Below the pieces are notes generated by a model. That model was not told the origin of the DNA and searched no databases. It saw nothing but the letters and a program-made list of their open reading frames with translations. A stretch of DNA of 64,000 nucleotides from a virus. Below are positions 62,284 to 64,000 of this stretch, piece by piece (the stretch's first letter is position 1; every line of letters starts with the position of its first letter). The stretch lies in IMG/VR virus record IMGVR_UViG_3300021142_000004; one strand, 5' to 3'. The position numbers and the translations under genes are program-made.

Positions 62284-63690
62284 ATGATAACAATAGGATA
62301 TAGTACTAGAAAAAGTAATCCTGAATATAAAGAGTACCTTCAAAAAACATGTATGTTTAAAGAGGTTGAGATAATTGAAAAAGTAAATGATGGTGAAAAA
62401 TCATTATCTCAAGTTTATAATGAAATTATAAAAGAATCGACTAATGATATTGTTGTATGTTTACATGATGATTTAGAATTTGATACAAAAAATTGGGGTG
62501 AAAAACTTTTAAAAAATTTTGAAAAGACTGATTTTGGAATAATTGGGTTAGCTGGTAGTACTTCAATTCCTGAAAGTGGAAAATGGTGGGAAGTACCATT
62601 AACAATGAGGGGTATTGTTAATCATAAAAAAGACGATAAGAAATGGGAATCAAAATATTCAATTAATGATGGTAAAATATCTAATGTTTTACTTATTGAT
62701 GGTTTATTTATTGCATTCGATAAAACAAAAATAATGAAAGAATTTGATGAGTCTGTTCAAGGATTTCATTTTTATGACTTAACGTTTTCTTTTTCAAATT
62801 TTTTAGAAGGTGTTAAGATTGGGGTTACTTATGATGTTAGAGTTACCCATTTATCTATGGGTGAAACTAATGAAAAATGGGAAGAAAATAGGGTTAAATT
62901 TATTGAACAATTTAAGAATGATATTCCAAAAAAAATAAATGAATCAATTGATATTACAACTTTTATTATTTGTCATGATCAATCAATCATTAAGAATAAT
63001 ATACTATCCAAAAAATTTAATTCTTTGGGTGATGTTAAATTTTTATATGTTGGTAAAAATGAATTTGATGATATTAATTTATACCCAAATGTTATTATTG
63101 TTAGAGATTTAAAATATAATATAGAACAATATCCAAGATTTACTGCATTTACTGCATGGTATGCAATTTGGAAGAATAATTTATGTACTACAAAATATCT
63201 TAACTTGTTAGAATATGATGTTAATTTAAATGAGGATTTTAATTTTTATTTATCAAATGTGATTAAAATGAAACCTAAAATTGTTAGTTACTTTCCGTTA
63301 ACAATGAGAAATTATCATTATATTAATAACCCAGATTGGGTAACATCCATTTCAAAAGGAATTAAACTTGCATATAAAACTGATATTAGAAATTTTGTTA
63401 CTGGAATTATAATTGATTCAATGAATAAAAATGTTGAACTCATATGGCCAACAACAAACAATGTGTGTTTTGAATATACGACATTTGAAAAATATATGAA
63501 ATGGATACAACCATTAATAAGTTATATGAAAGATGACCCATATTCAGGTCATAATCAAGAAAGAGCCCTTTCTTTCTTTTCTTTAATGAATAAAGTACCT
63601 GTTGCATATTTCCAAGGTTATATTGAACATGTTCAAGCAGATTCACATAAGACACAAGGACATGAAGTGACAAATACAATACAATTATGA
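62284..63690 (+). CDS. two-domain glycosyltransferase (GT-A)
   Basis: YN, HDD, G.AG, DG.F, FDE...FHFYD; second domain with EYD. Confidence 0.85.
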   Translation: MITIGYSTRKSNPEYKEYLQKTCMFKEVEIIEKVNDGEKSLSQVYNEIIKESTNDIVVCLHDDLEFDTKNWGEKLLKNFEKTDFGIIGLAGSTSIPESGKWWEVPLTMRGIVNHKKDDKKWESKYSINDGKISNVLLIDGLFIAFDKTKIMKEFDESVQGFHFYDLTFSFSNFLEGVKIGVTYDVRVTHLSMGETNEKWEENRVKFIEQFKNDIPKKINESIDITTFIICHDQSIIKNNILSKKFNSLGDVKFLYVGKNEFDDINLYPNVIIVRDLKYNIEQYPRFTAFTAWYAIWKNNLCTTKYLNLLEYDVNLNEDFNFYLSNVIKMKPKIVSYFPLTMRNYHYINNPDWVTSISKGIKLAYKTDIRNFVTGIIIDSMNKNVELIWPTTNNVCFEYTTFEKYMKWIQPLISYMKDDPYSGHNQERALSFFSLMNKVPVAYFQGYIEHVQADSHKTQGHEVTNTIQL

Positions 63691-64000
63691 GATATTTAAG
63701 TTTTAGTTTATGGGGTGATAAACCCATTTATAATATTGGTGCAATTAAAAATGCAGAACTATGGAAAACAATATATCCAGAATGGAAAATGGTTGTTTAT
63801 TATGATTCAACAGTACCAAAAGAAACAATTGATGAATTAGAAAAGTTAGATGTTTTAACTTTTGATGTTACAGAAAAAAATATCTATGGTATGTTTTGGA
63901 GATTTTTTGCAACTAATTTACCTGATGCAACTTATTGTGTTTTTAGAGATACTGATTCTAGGATTAGTGTTAGAGAAAAAGTTGCGGTAGATGAATGGAT
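63687..64000 (+). CDS. glycosyltransferase-like protein (partial)
   Basis: SFSLWG...Y..GA..NA, MFWRF, RDTDSR...RE..AV.EW. Confidence 0.8.
   Translation, partial: MRYLSFSLWGDKPIYNIGAIKNAELWKTIYPEWKMVVYYDSTVPKETIDELEKLDVLTFDVTEKNIYGMFWRFFATNLPDATYCVFRDTDSRISVREKVAVDEW

Noticed and set aside
2755-63727. Short opposite-strand ORFs in the track (e.g. 2755, 17078, 24446, 26024, 33431, 48552, 52795, 61369, 63440)
   Set aside because: Antisense shadows of well-supported genes, with no motifs or expression signals.
1-64000. TAG stop-codon reassignment
   Set aside because: Long conserved genes are intact in code 11, and TAG ends genes at sensible boundaries (9757, 14110, 22885).

Overview
A 64-kb, very AT-rich segment of a jumbo phage genome. 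The host is almost certainly a Bacteroidota species: about 30 TTTG-N19/21-TAnnTTTG host-sigma promoters, no Shine-Dalgarno motifs and frequent ATGA/TAATG gene overlaps. The segment is a dense, mostly minus-strand early/accessory region. Recognisable genes encode cyclophilin, a soluble Clp-type AAA+/M41 protease, RNA ligase, SmpB, CCA-adding enzyme, a SpoT-type HD hydrolase, a macrodomain, Prs-like and split NAMPT-like enzymes (NARP1-like), UvrD, UvsE, three DNA methyltransferases, ThyA, DHFR, an M23 lysin, glycosyltransferases and homing endonucleases. No CRISPR array, tRNA or rRNA was recognised. Main findings: (1) a terminal peptide tag R-x-x-F-K-L-x-R-K occurs 12 times on 11 mostly unrelated small proteins, three of which resemble inactive fragments of capsid, terminase and helicase proteins, suggesting a decoy/adaptor system; (2) a metallophosphoesterase gene whose DxH motif is restored only by a 5-nt Thr-to-Thr ribosomal hop over a stop codon, directly behind a strong hairpin; (3) an intein-free fractured NAMPT with charge-complementary ends and a homing-endonuclease relic in the gap; (4) an unannotated ~260-nt multi-hairpin RNA; (5) terminators built into promoters, and promoter repeats flanking a gene cassette; (6) recurrent deletion scars. 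All functional calls come from motif recognition by eye; no database search was run.
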